This document shows, one piece after another, positions 37,157 to 51,329 of a stretch of 64,000 nt of DNA. Source of the DNA: Strigamia acuminata (taxonomy: Eukaryota); the NCBI GenBank assembly GCA_949358305.1, contig OX442314.1, forward strand, positions 6,386,001 through 6,450,000, in the 5' to 3' direction. The notes below the pieces were generated by a model that searched no databases, had not been told where the DNA came from, and was given only the letters and a program-made list of their open reading frames with translations. A program made the translations under genes and the position numbers. Every line of letters starts with the position of its first letter. Positions within the stretch are counted from its first letter, which is position 1.

Positions 37157-39026
37157 TTACAAAAAGACCGCAGGAGTGTGTAACAATACTTTTTTTTATT
37201 TTTTTAGTAAAAAGGCCAATTTTATCGTTACAATTGGTGAATAGGCTGATGGACATGTGACATGTGACATTATGAATAGTGAATTATGAATTATGAGTAA
37301 AGAATTTTGTATGTTGTAACTGTTCGTAACAATTTGAGAGAGAGAGGTGCATTTAAACAAAGAAAGTATTGACTGTTTAGATAATAACAATACCTTAACG
37401 ACGAAACCTACCCATTGTCGTTATTTGGTGTGCCGGATTCCAGTGTGGTTGCATCCTTCCGGCATAAACATCCCGTTCACAAGCGGTCTGGAATTGGAAA
37501 ACAATTTACTGCAGAGCTCCACTGCATTCTTTGCATAATCCAATTGAATTCTTCAAGTTGGAAATGGATTTTAATGCAAATGAACAGCTATGTGGGCAAG
37601 TTGACACCTGCATTTGTCTCCCGTGGTTCGGCGATGACTAGGGACATTTTTTGCTTGCTCCAACAACCGGCTCGGTCTTCACTTTTGGCCTTTGCTTTCA
37701 AAAGGTTATCGCTCAAATCATCACAGCACCCACCCAAACCTACTACTTACTGCCTCTATACCTCTGAAATTATTTTAAAAAATTAGTTTCAGGGAATTAA
37801 CAGCATTTTACTGTCAATTAAAAATGTATTGATTACTTCGCTTTAGTTGTGGTGTGTTTAATTTATCCGTAGGATTGATTCTTACCTCTGAGTCCTCTGT
37901 CCACAAATCACAGGAGGGGGGAACTAAAGATGCTGACAGATTATAATACAATTTTCAGCTTCATGCAGTGTGATTTATAAACTCATTTAATTCATATTCA
38001 AAACCAAGTGCTGGAATTGTAAAAAAACTCAACGACTGCAATGTCTATAGCTTTTGAATTATCCCTAGCAGAACCAACCTAAAAAATTCCTTTCTCAACC
38101 AACCGGGGTCATGTTGACAAGCAAAAAAAAAGATTTATGAAAATGATTCTACCCTTTGGTTACCGTATTTCTTCGATTTAGAGTCGCGGTAGACGTAATT
38201 CAACGACAACTTATTTTTTTTATTTTTTTATTTTTATATTTTTTATTGCATAAAATGGAATTTTTGGTGCATATTTTACACGCATAAAATGTAAATGTCG
38301 CTATCGGCAACGGAAAACCGTTATCGGACAATTATTGCAAATCGACAGATTGATTTATCCTAATTTGTTCTTTGATTCAAGACGGAGTAAAAAAGGTTTG
38401 TGTGCTGACATTTAGCTGTTGCCAGCTTCATAGAGTGTGATTTACAGCTATGTATACAAATGTAAAATAGGGAAGCAATTAGTCAGTTGGAAAAGGGAAT
38501 GGAAAATGGACATTGATCAAATTTATGGCACTTGTCTGCACTTATGTGGTCACAAGTTGCTGTGTCATTTTAACTCCTCCACCCATCTCTTTGCACCATC
38601 TAGCTGTCGACCTTGCGCCATAGAATTTACATAACAAAAACATTTTTCGCTTAACTCAAAAAAAAGGTTTTCGCCACAAGTGGCAGGGTTTGGGACCCAC
38701 TAAGTCCACACTTGGGGATTTGGCTTCACGCTGTAAATAAAAAAATTGATGTATTACATAGGGCTTTTGTTGTAATGTTGTAATGGGTGGTTTGTTGGGT
38801 TTTTTTCATGGTTTTGCTGTTTTTGGGATGATTATATCATGGGGTAGAAACCGCAACCCACAGCTGTATGTGAATTACATACAGTAGGGTTAGTTTAGTT
38901 CTGATTACCCTCAATGGTATGGGTTTATGGAGCGATGTAATGGGGTTAAGAGGGAGTAGTTTGTGTTTAGTGGGGAACAACAGATTTTATAAAATTTGGC
39001 GTTGTATCTAAAGTTTGTGTAAGGTA

Positions 39027-39252
39027 CCGTATATTCTTGGGTATAATGCGACCCTTCCATTTTAAGGCGTCGTTTTTGTAATAAATGGTGTATGCGCGAA
39101 TAATGCGAGTTAGTAATTGTGTGCCACAGCAATGCAAAATGACAAAAGAAAAGTTGATTTATTTAAAAGAAAATGTTAGATTGTTCGTTTGATAACCCTA
39201 ACAGCACATAAATATATAGAAATGTGGATAAACGTACGTTATACGTCCGTAA
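39027..39252. mobile_element. Partial inverted copy of the Tc1/pogo-type MITE at 50228-50580
   Basis: ta|ccgtatattcttgggtataatgcgaccc; internal sequence is the reverse complement of the 50335-50580 region. Confidence 0.75.
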
Positions 39253-40189
39253 TAGGATTCACACAGATTCACACAGTTTATTCGTATACCTTTATCGAAC
39301 ACGAACCGCACCCTGTCGTAACGTAACCGGAAGTGACCGGAAGTCACGTTACACCGTGTTTGGTCCGTGAGATTACACCCAACTCCCCCTGGCGGTGGAG
39401 ACCCTCGTTCGGGATTTCAAATACACATTGCCAAGTGACACAAAATAACTACAAAATTTGTCTACAAAAATTTGACTTCTTCGTTTAAAATTTATCAAAT
39501 TTGTCTAAAATTTCTTTCCTCGTTGCCGAGTCTGAAAAGCGGTTTTTGTCTCTTCGTTAATAACACGCAGATGTGGACTAAGTGTGTTTCTCTTTTTTTT
39601 TTCTTTCTTTTTCTTTTTTTTTTCTTTTTGAGATAAAAAGGAATCGAAACTGGGAAAGGTCAAAGTAGCATATCCCGTTCAAGTATCACGTGAGGTTAAT
39701 TCTAAATTACTTGCACAAGGAATTTACTGCAATTTGCTTCTAAGATGATGAATATTGAAGGAGAAAAAAATTATTAAAAAATTATCACAGCTGCTGCTGC
39801 AGCAAACTGGTTTGTTAATTGTTCAGTGTTTTGCGATTGTCGAAGAGAAAGCAAACAAGTTTTTTTTTCTTTCTTTTTTTTGGAATATTTAAAAAATTGG
39901 AATTTGATAGAACGTTAAAAAGTAATTATTCATTAGGTGTTAAAATGGTTGTTAGATGGAAGGGAATGAGGGTGTTTCCTAATGGGAGAGAGATGGGCAT
40001 TCATTAATCTTGGTTGGAATTTTTGGGTGGTGGTGTGGATTATGCTTGTGTGATATTTTTTAGTACCGGTAATGGTTATTAAATTAGTGGATTTTATCGG
40101 ATTTTTTTTGGATTTTTTTGTTTGTTTTTGTTTAGTTTTAATCCTTTTTTCTCCATTTTTGTTTAATTTTAACCTTTTTTTCTCGAGTT

Positions 40190-40930
40190 TTCTCAAATTT
40201 TTCTCAAATTCTCTCAAATTTTTCTCAAATTTTCTCAAATTTTTCTCAAATTTTCTCAAATTTTTCTCAAATTTTCTCAAATTTTTCTCAAATTTTCTCA
40301 AATTTTTCTCAAATTTTCTCAAATTTTTCTCAAATTCTTTCAAATTTTTCTCAAATTTTTTCTCAAATTTTTCTCAAATTTTCTCAAATTCTATCAAGTT
40401 TTATCAAATTTTATCAAATTTTATCAAATCTTATCAAATCTTATCAAATTTTATAAATTTTTTTCAAATTTTATTAATTTCATCAAATTCTCTTAAATTC
40501 TCTCAAATTTTCTCAAATTTTTATCAAATTTTATCAAATTTGTATCAAATTTGTATCAAATTTGTATCAAATTTGTATCAAATTTTATCAAATTTTATCA
40601 ATTTTTCATTGTTTTCTCAATTTTTCATTGTTTTCTCAATTTTTCATTGTTTTCTCAATTTTTCATTGTTTTCTCAATTTTTCATTGTTTTCTCAATTAT
40701 TATCAAATTTTATCAAATTATCTTAAATTTTATCAAATTATCTTAAATTTTATCAAATTATTTTAAATTTTATCAAATTCTCTCAAATTTTATCAAATTT
40801 TATCAATTTTTCATCGTTTTCTCAATTATTATCAAATTTTATCAAATTTTGTTAATTTTTTTAAAATTTTGTTAATATTTATCAAATTTTCTCAAATTTC
40901 ATCAAAATTTTGCCAAATTTTTGCCAAATT
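40190..40930. repeat. Tandem array, 10-11 bp unit TTTTCTCAAA / TTTATCAAAT with 21 bp variant
   Basis: Visible. Confidence 0.9.
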
Positions 40931-42669
40931 TTAGTCCATCAACAACACCACCAACAACAACCACAACAAACATGCATGTTTTCAAACTAGCCTAATCTCA
41001 CTTTTACCCTTTCCAGCCATTTCATAACCGGTTTAAACATTATACTTCACACAAAACTATACACTTTCACATTAACATTTAACTACTTGCCTACTTGAAT
41101 TTCTGATTAACAACAAACATTTCTCTCTCAATCCACAATCGCCCCACAAAAACAACCTCGAAAAACCGCACACAAAATAACCCCGCTCTTGACCCGCCAC
41201 TCAATGACGTCACAAAATATCAAACACCAAAATATCAATTCGCGATTCCTCGCACCAATCAAACTTCCATCAATCAAAAATCGACCCCACCAACACCATT
41301 CGACACCGTAGTAATCAAACGATAACATTTATCGATCAAATCGCGTATTTCCAACACACCGCCCGTCGTTCGCAACAAATTGAAATGACGCAGCAATCCA
41401 TTTTCCCATTAGATGACGCTTCATGTTTGCGTTTAGGCCTAACGAGCCGATTTTCGAGATAAATCAATCGCGATGATTGAAAAACCAAACAAACGATTAA
41501 AAACGTTAATTTTCGACGGCTTAGAGCATCGTTTCATTAAATTTTAGCAAATTAACCCGCGCTTAGCGTGCATTTCGTTGAATCTAGACCAAGGCTGAAG
41601 CGCCATTGGGTTCCTAGCCACAGCGCGGCACATCCTGGTCGGGAGGACAACGAGTCTGCGCGCGATCTCGAAGGACAAGATCTTAAAAACGAAACGAAAA
41701 TAAATAAACAAATAAATATAAATGTTTCAAAGACATCTGTATCCTAAAAATAAAAACAAATCAAGAAAAAAAAATTAAAAATCCGCCATTTAACATGCAA
41801 ATCAGACAAAATATTGAATTAAAATTGCAAAAACGGATCTATTTGAGCCATTTAACATCCTTGACATCCATTTTGCCTTTTTAAGGTGTAAAATCACATC
41901 CTGGACAGCATTGCCAAGGATATAAAAGGTTATTTGTGTCCTGAGTGATCTCGCAGTGGCGGCCATTTAAAAGCAATGGCGGATGGCAGTGCTTCGGTAG
42001 CGCCGTAGCGGTGAGTGAAGGCCTAATTTTGTTTATTGATTTTTCGTGGTTAAATCTGGTAATTTGGGATGAAAATGGCTGGTAATGATAGAAATTATTC
42101 CATCTGGAATATGGGTATTTAATTAAAAGTTATAATTCTCCCACCAGGTGGAGATGGCACATTCTTTAGCGCTTTTTCCCACGAACGTGCCGTTAATAAA
42201 TTTAATATTCAATACTCATTAGGTTCGGATTTGGCTTAGAAATGGGTAATTTTGCTCAATTATCAAGCATCAGCCATGAAAATTGTCAATTTGAAACCAG
42301 TCTTAACTCGTAGTCACGTGGTTTGGTGTTTTTGAGGTTTCGCGGGGGATTGTGGGAAAGGGAAAGGGATTTTTGGTTTTGGTGTTTGGGGTTTGTGGTG
42401 TGTCAGTCAGGATTAGGTTTGAAGTGGGTCAAAGGCAAATGTGGAGTGATTTTTTGGGATTTGCATTTTGTGTCAGTCATTTATTTTGTTGGGGTTGATC
42501 CGTAACCTGATTGCTTGTTGGATGAGTTTTGGAAGAGGTGAAAGGAGCGGTGTTGTTGGTGACAGGTTGAATAATTAGTGTTGTTTGGTTCGGTGGATAA
42601 AGTTGGATTAATTTGAGAAATTTGTGAAAATTTGATGGATTTTGACGTATTTTAGGATTTTTTTTATTA

Positions 42670-43545
42670 AATTTGTAAGATTTTGGATAGAATTTGATTA
42701 AATTTCTAAGATTTTGGATGGAATTTGATTAAATTTGTAAGATTTTGGATGAAATTTGATTAAATTTGTAAGATTTTGGATGAAATTTGATTAAATTTTT
42801 AAGATTTTGGATTAAATTGGATTAAATTTGTAAGATTTTGGATGAAATTTGATTAAATTAGTAAGATTTTGGATGAAATTGGATTAAATTTGTAAGATTT
42901 TGGATGGAATCTGATTAAATTTGTAAGATTTTGGATGAAATTGGATTAAATTTGTAAGATTTTGGATGGAATCTGATTAAATTTGTAAGATTTTGGATGA
43001 AATTTGATTAAATTTGTAAGATTTTGGATTAAATTGGATTAAATTTGTAAGATTTTGGATGGAATCTGATTAAATTTGTAAGATTTTGGATTAAATTGGA
43101 TTAAATTTGTAAGATTTTGGATGGAATCTGATTAAATTTGTTGAAATTTGATAAAATTTGATGGAATTGGATGGAATTGGATGAAATGTGATGAAATGTG
43201 ATGAATGTTTGATGAATGTTTTAAAATCTTTTGATGAAACTTGAAATATATTTATTTTATTTTTTTTGATAAAAATTGAGAAATGTTTAATTTTGATAAA
43301 ATTGAGAAATGTTTAATTTTGACAAAATTGAGAAAAGTTTAATTTTGACAAAATCGAGAAAACTTGCTTTAATTTTTGTCAAAATTGAGATATTTTGGTT
43401 TATTTTTGACAAAATTGAGACATTTTGGTTTAATTTTGACAAAATTGAGAAATTTTGTTTCAATTGTGACAAAATTGAGACATTTTGTTTCAATTTTGAC
43501 AAAATTGAGAAATTTTGGTTTAATTTTGACAAAATTCAAAATTTT
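42670..43545. repeat. Two adjacent arrays: 31 bp AAATTTGTAAGATTTTGGATGAAATTTGATT, then 30 bp TTTAATTTTGACAAAATTGAGAAATTTTGG
   Basis: Visible. Confidence 0.9.
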
Positions 43546-46500
43546 TCTCAAAGTCGATAAAAATCGAGGAATTTTCCGACCAATCCCGAACTAATTTCCC
43601 ATAAACTTTGACAAAATTTCCAATTCCCGCCTAAACTGTCAAAAATCAAGTATTTTCGGCTGAATTTAACAAAATTAATAAACCCATCTTTAAATAAAAT
43701 TTTACAATTTCTCCAAACTTTCAACGAGAATTTCCAACAAATCCACTCGCACCCCCAACCCATTTCCCAAAACCCAAACAACCCACAAACCCCATACACC
43801 ACACACTCCCCACTCCACCACTTGTCCACTCCACACTCCAAACTCCATCAAAGTTTGTTGGCACCTGAAAAACACAATTAAACCATAATGATACACTTTA
43901 ATTCACCCAAAATGCGTTTGACATCCTGTACCGACTTCTTTAATATCGAGTTTCATGTGTGAAACAAAACGTTAGCTTTTGACAAAAGATGCTTGTTTCT
44001 TACCATTGGCCACTAATTTGTAGGTGTGAGAGGGGAAAACCAAGTTTGCACACCTGTGTTTAGTGACACGTGCTTTTTTTCTTCATTTCAACAGGCCACG
44101 AGACCTTTAAATGCTTTTTACAGCCAATTTCAACTGGAAAGAAGAAAAAAGTATCAGTTTATTTTTTTTACTGGGATAGAAAAGAGAAAAATACTCATAA
44201 GGGCTAGAAAAGGCTTGTTGCCATTTATGGGGCTCACATTATGGCCCATGGGCTTGAAAATGGGGATTTGGGGATATCGGTCCGTAAAACTGTCGTTTGT
44301 AATTTTTTTTTGTTTATTATTGTTGATGCATCGTTTAAGTTTGCATTAAAGCTTTATATTTTTTTTTAATCTGAAATGAATCCTACAAAAGTGAATTAGG
44401 CGCCACCTGTTGTTGCAATATTAAAACATTCTGCAGACAAATGGCGCATTTTACTCAGAAGCAGTTTCCTACGTAGGAAACCAGTCTGCCCACAGAAATT
44501 TTGCCGACAGAAAAAAATGGTACTCACAAATTTCATTCCGGTCTTGGAATGTCTGCGAGATATGTTCTGTGACATAAAAGATTAACTTTCCGGCATGTCG
44601 ATGCAACGGAAAGCTGATCTTCCTTTCCAGGCACAGAAAGTAGCGATCGGTCTTGACAATTTGTGACCGGTCGTAATTTTTTTTAACCGGTCTCAAATAT
44701 GGCAACAATCAGTTCTGCCAACAACTGTATATTCTATTTATAAAATAGATTATTAATTTATAAATAAAATTAAAAATTAAAAACAAACTATTAGCACCAT
44801 CAGTGCCATTTGCAATAGTGGGAGGAGCTTCAAATAGTGTTAAGCGATCTGATTGGCTCCCTTATTTTACAAAATAGTGTAAAAGTTGAGGAGTTACGTT
44901 ATGTTATAAGTCCATTTTTATAATTACGAGCTTGTAACTCATAATTATAAGAAACAATTGGCAACCGCAAACTCACTAATTATGCCCCACTATAAGGTTA
45001 TAACTTGACTTTTTATAACGCGTAAGGAATCTTGCGCAAACTCTTTAGCCCCAGACATCGCAAACTACGCTTAGAATGCTTTTTTACCCTTTTCCCAGCG
45101 TAATTAGTTTGAACCCTTCAACATCATCATTCACCTCATATCAATTCCTTCTGCACATTCCAGCTGAGTTGTGAATTTAACCTTCACTTATTTGTACAGA
45201 TTTTTATCATAAAAACTTCTGTTTTTTGGGGGGGGAGAAAAGATAAATGAAGTTACCATTTACTTTTTTCCCCCTTATCAACTTTGTTCATCTTTGAAAT
45301 TTACTGCCTGAAATGAAGAAAATGTCTCTGCAGCTTGTTATCTACCAATTGTCCTCACATTTAACAGCTGATGTGACTGGAATAGAGTGAGCGTTTTCAA
45401 TGGGGAAAAAAGTGAGGAAAAACGTGAAAAATGCAAGATTGAGGGGAAAAGCTGGTTGGAACTCAGCACTAACTTAGAAAAAAATTAAATAATTTTTCAA
45501 GAAATTTTTTTTATTTTTTATTTTATTTTATTATTTTTATTTTTTTTTTTAGTTTTTAGACAATTTATGACAAATAGCTGGCAGTGACATGACTTTTATG
45601 TTGCATTCACATTTGCTCAGAGGACATTTTCTCCAGTTTTCGGTCATGTAATGCGACGTTGTGGCTTTGATGGCTTGTTTCTTCGTGTTTTGTCGCTGTA
45701 GCGGACGAATAAAACGGGTCCGCCGGGCGCGGCCATTTTGAATTTGGTTGTAAAAGTGTAAACAGTGTTGAAATAAATAATTTTGGGGGGTTGTTAACTA
45801 TGGGGGGTCTAATAAATAAAAATAGTGTGTGAATAATTGGTGTGAAGTTAAACTCAACTCGTTCAAAGTATATCGTGAGCATGCGCAGTTCTGACGTCCA
45901 CCGCCGATCTATTCGATTTCAAAATGGCCGTCAGAAAAACGTGTTGAAATCGAGTCGAAATCCAAAGAATCCACCCCGGACGTGGATTACGAGCAATATT
46001 ATTGTTTTTCTTTATAATTAAACCTCTATTAATGTTTTAAGAAACTCTTATTTCTTGAGTATGCAGAAGAGTTTTCCGTGATACACCCACGTGTAATCAT
46101 TTCTGTTGGACAATTGGTTCTCCGTTCTTCGCATTTGTATATTTAATTAGTGTTAATTTATAATTAGTGCTTATATTTAAATACTGCGTTATATGTTTTA
46201 TTTCCTTTTACAATTGTGTATTTAGCGAGGTACCAAAGGTGCCACCTTACTTGTATCATGTAACGCATTGTTTTGCTGCCTAGCTACTGTTGTCACTTAC
46301 GCGGGGCCAAGCATGTGAGGCCCCTATATTATCGTTAATTATGGAATCCGGAGTTCCCTAGGGGGGGGTAGGGTGGCGGAATTATAAATTCAGGAGGATG
46401 AAAAAAATTCAAACTTGCAAATATCATTAACATTCCCCGAGTAGTTTACCTACACATGACGTCACATGCTTCATATCCGGGTGATGTCATTTGCACAAAA

Positions 46501-48243
46501 ATGCCAAGCGGTCGACTTAGCAGAACCGCGTGGGAAGCCTCGCCGAGAAACACCTCATTTGCATATACGTCACTCAAAATCAGCACCCCTTCAACACCCC
46601 TCGCTCCCCACCTTTTTTTTTTTTTTTCATTTAATTTTTTCCTAAATTTTCTCGAATTTGTGCTTCTCGTTGGCACGAGATTTTGGTCTCGCTCAAACCC
46701 ATAATTTCATCAAAATGTTGAAGCGTCGATTCCGCCCTCGCATAAAAATGAAGTCATCTTTGATCCTTTGTGGGTCCTTTGAACCCGAGCGTTTATTTCA
46801 TTGTGCTTTTTACCCATTTCATCTCATAAACACCTGGAGAAATGCTGAATCAGTTTCCTCCACTCTCAGGAATGCATGCATCCACCATTTTGTGTTCACA
46901 GGATTCTAATTAACAGCAATCGGTGTTGAAACGACAACTTTCGACAAATTCTTCGGTCCTCCGATCTTCTTCTTCCTTGCCTAATATTCTCAGCCTAATA
47001 TTAGGCCTAATAATGCTAAAATAAAGTTTCCCTAAATAAACAACAATGAACTCGTTATTACAAGTAATTACAAGTAATTTGCAGCGTAGCACCAAAATAA
47101 TTTTAGTATAATTAGGCCTAATATTAGGCTTAATACTGCTAAATAACAACTGGAATTAGAAAATCGTCTGAGCAGAATGGGATGCGCAGTATGAATTTAG
47201 TATCAAGATACCGGGCGCAATTTTGTCTATAAATAGACGAAGCGGCTCAATTCATGTCAGTTCGTTTCTTCTGTTTTCGAGGTTTTACCCTCTTTTTTTC
47301 TTACAATATGCCCCCCTTGACCCCCCCAAAACCCAACCTTATTCGTTTTTTGCAACATAGACAGAGTATTTTCATCAATGTATCTCAATGCATCTCTCAA
47401 CCAATCACAACAAGTCATTAAAATAATACGTTCATGTCGGGCAAACCACTCGAAGAAGAACCCGTAGTGATTTGCAGAATCAATGTTAGTTTAACTTATT
47501 TCGTAGTTTAAGATTTGTGGGGGCCGCCATTTTTTTCCTCGATAGATCGAAGGGTATGCAAGTATTATCACTTGTTGATGTCTGGTGTTTAACCTAGTGG
47601 CAAAACACGAAATTACTCACAATTTCAATTGCCAGCCTAGAGTGAGGGTCGAGTTTTTCGACTTCAGCTAGTCCGGATTGTTATTAGCTTGGCAGTGAAG
47701 CCAATTGGTGTGGGTGTGTTCGTATTTGACTAATTGAGTTTGGCAATGGATGGCACCAGCCCGAAGGAGGTCAGATCCGAGCCATTCATAATAAGCTAGA
47801 TTTGATGGATGGCACATTTTGAGATCCATCCACCTTCCCTGGTCGTATTCAACCCCTTTGAATGCTTCATGCAAGCCCACCATTGTCATTCAATTGTCAT
47901 TAAACTTAAAAAACAATAAATTAGATCACAAAATTGGCCCCACCTCAGCCATTAACTTTTTTACCGACAATCCTGAATTAAAAAAATCACAAATGTGTTT
48001 AAATGTACTGCTAAATACCAATAAACAGTTTTTGTGAGCTTGTGGTTGAATAGTAGCCTGGGTTTGAATTATAGAACATCGAAAGCGGGCTCCGGCTCAC
48101 ACGATTAGTTATTTGTAGAGACCGGATAAATGCATAAATGCATGGAATATATTTATATTCAATATAAAGCCAAAATCTGCTATTAATGCATATTTTCCGA
48201 AGGATGGAAGTTTGTCATAAGGTTTGCGAAACAAAGTGCAGGT

Positions 48244-49049
48244 TAGGGTTGCACCGAATACCAAAAAGGCCGAATAATCGAATACCATGGCCGAATAACC
48301 AAATAATAATTTTAAAAACAATTTTACATTGTAAAAAGCAATTCCCAAGCTGAATAAAGCAATCCCCAAGTTAAACATATCATTTTCATGCCGAAAACCA
48401 AATTCCCACTGTTGAAAAAGCAATTACCACATCAAAAAAGCAATTATTACCACCAAAAAAGCAATCGCCATGTTTTATGTCAAAAATGCATTTTTCACAA
48501 AAAAAATTTAACTTTTTTAGTAGAAATGCAATTTTTACCCAAAGTATTCAATTTTCACCCTAAAATCTAAAGTTATCTGGTGAAAATTATTGGTATTGAA
48601 AAATGCAAATTTGTCTAACTTTATCATTATTACGTATTTGGCCGAATACAGAATATTCGGTTTTTTAGCCGAATACGCTGAAAAACCGAATGTAAACTAA
48701 ATATGCCGAATAACCGAATATAAACCGAATATGCCGAATAATCGAATATAAACCGAATATGCCGAATAACCGAATATTCGGTTTTTTGGCCGAATACGCT
48801 GAAAAACCGAATGTAAACTAAATATGCCGAATAACCGAATATAAACCGAATATGCCGAATAATCGAATATAAACCGAATATGCCGAATAACCGAATGTAA
48901 ACTGAATATAAACTGAATATGCCGAATAACCGAATGTAAACCGAATATTCGGTTTTTTGGCCGAATAACCGAATGTAAACCGAATATTCGGTTTTTTGGC
49001 CGAATATGCCGAATAACCGAATGTAAACCGAATACTCGGTGCTACCCTA
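48244..49049. mobile_element. hAT-type MITE with internal CCGAATA repeats
   Basis: TIRs tagggttgcaccga / tcggtgctacccta; 8 bp TSD gtgcaggt / gtacagtt (6 of 8 match). Confidence 0.8.
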
Positions 49050-50227
49050 GTACAGTTTCTGTTTCTATGGTTTTTGATGTCTCTCTGTGTGCCATTTTGA
49101 ATTTAATTGTAAAAACCAAAAGCAGGTTGCTCAACAAACCGCGCCGGCCGCACTTTTATGATATTGCGGTTTTCAACGATGGTTTACGGCTGTTTTCGAT
49201 GTCCGTTCCGTTTACAGAAACACTAAAAACACAAGTTGCTTCCGTCTAGCCCATCTAGGTGGGTGGTATCCGTCCGCTGCCGATCTGTCACGGTCACGCT
49301 TGCCTCTTATTCGGTCACTGACACTCATTTGATCCCCACTTGATCATCGCTTGTCGTCCGGGGAGGAAACACAATCAAATGAAGCGGAGAAAAATTGGCT
49401 TTAATTTGTATTGGATCGATTATATTGGTTTTGTTTTGTGCTTAGCGGGGTAATAAGCTTAAGTAATAAGTAATGAGGGGACTGCATGTAGCGTGGGGGC
49501 AGGGAAAGGTCTGTTGACTCTGTTCTCGGTGTCTCGTTCTGAACAGATGAGCTCACGTTGGAGCGTGATGGGCGCGCAAAATGCGCCGACTGACAACACC
49601 GTGAAATCTAATACACCGCATACATTTGCAGTAAAAAACAATTAGGTTTGAAATATCGCGGACTAAATTCAAAGAGGGGAGAAAAGGCTTGTCACAATAA
49701 AGAAAGGCTCGAACTAAATTGTTTTGCTTTTCGAAATGAATAAATAAATAAATTTGAATGTTTTATTTCGGCGGTAAAACCGAGATCCGTAGATTTTTTG
49801 GACGCCTGTTTTTTCATTTATTGTTGATATTTTAAATAAATATTATTGAATCGGTCGGAAAATTTAATCGGACGTTACTCGAGCGGTGTATTTAGTAATC
49901 CTAAAAGGAGAATTAAATCAAAATATTGGAAGTTAATTTTTTTCAATTTTTTCGTCGTTCCGCAGAGTTTTTGGACGCACGACGTCACATGTGGATTCCC
50001 CACAATGCAAACAAATATTGAAAAATTCGTTTTTACTATTGTAATATAAACTATTTCCACCTGTCTACGTAAAATAAACATTTATTCAATAAAATTCAAA
50101 GATATAAACGTAAAAATCACACGTAAAACCGAAAGAGTTGAAAGGGGAAATTTGCGCAAATGTAACGGTAATGTAACGATAACGGTAACGGTGGTATCAA
50201 AAATCTAACGGTAACGGTTGGTAACTA

Positions 50228-50580
50228 CCGTATATCTTCGGGTATAATACGAGAAATTTATTGCAAATTTCACAGCTCTAATTGGGGGGGGTCGTACTAT
50301 ACGCGCATAATACAAAAAAAAAATTGTAACATACGTATTACGGACGTTTAACGTAGGTTTTATGTACATATAACGTACGTTTATACATATTTCTATATAT
50401 TTATGTGCTGTTAGGGTTATAAAATAAACAATCTTAACATTTTATTTTGAATAAATCAATTTTTCTTTTGTGATTTTTCATTGTTGTGGTAGACAATTAC
50501 ACCATTTATTACAAAAATGGCGCCTTAAAATGGGGGGGTCGTATTATACGCAGGGTCGTATTATACCCGAAGATATACGG
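50228..50580. mobile_element. Tc1/pogo-type MITE nested in a GTAACG-repeat element (50160-50630)
   Basis: TIRs ccgtatatcttcgggtataatacga / tcgtattatacccgaagatatacgg with TA TSD. Confidence 0.88.
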
Positions 50581-50907
50581 TAGTTACTTTTTTGGCCAAG
50601 TAACGGTAACGGTAACTAGTGACGATTACTAATCGTTGTAAATCGGCATCCGTCTTTTTCGATGGCTGCCGAAGTAGAGTTTGGGGCACTACCGGTGCAT
50701 TGCAACGTGCCAATTACGCAATGGGGCACTATTCTGGGGCTTGTAGCACAATAGGGCCTCCAGCAATAAGGTTGGGCTCTTTGGTGTTGCAATCAAGTGG
50801 AAATGAGGAAATTGAAGGACGAGTTGATATCAGGCGTCAAAGAGGATGTGCCCTTTGACAGGTCCTCGTCAAGGGCACAATGAAGCAATTTATTTGTTGT
50901 GTTTTGA

Positions 50908-51207
<300 letters not shown>

Positions 51208-51329
51208 TAGTCAATGGTTGGATGGGATTTGCAGATTTTGCATCAGTGAGGTTTGGATCTAGGTTTGATGGATTTTGCAGTGAGATTTGCATTTAAATGA
51301 GTTAAATTTGCAATGAGCTTTTCACCGTA

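Noticed and set aside
35935..37786. ORFs at 35935-36237 and 37415-37786 (and 47668-47889) as a nested protein gene
   Set aside because: No recognisable motifs and no consistent exon chain; at most decayed TE coding remnants.
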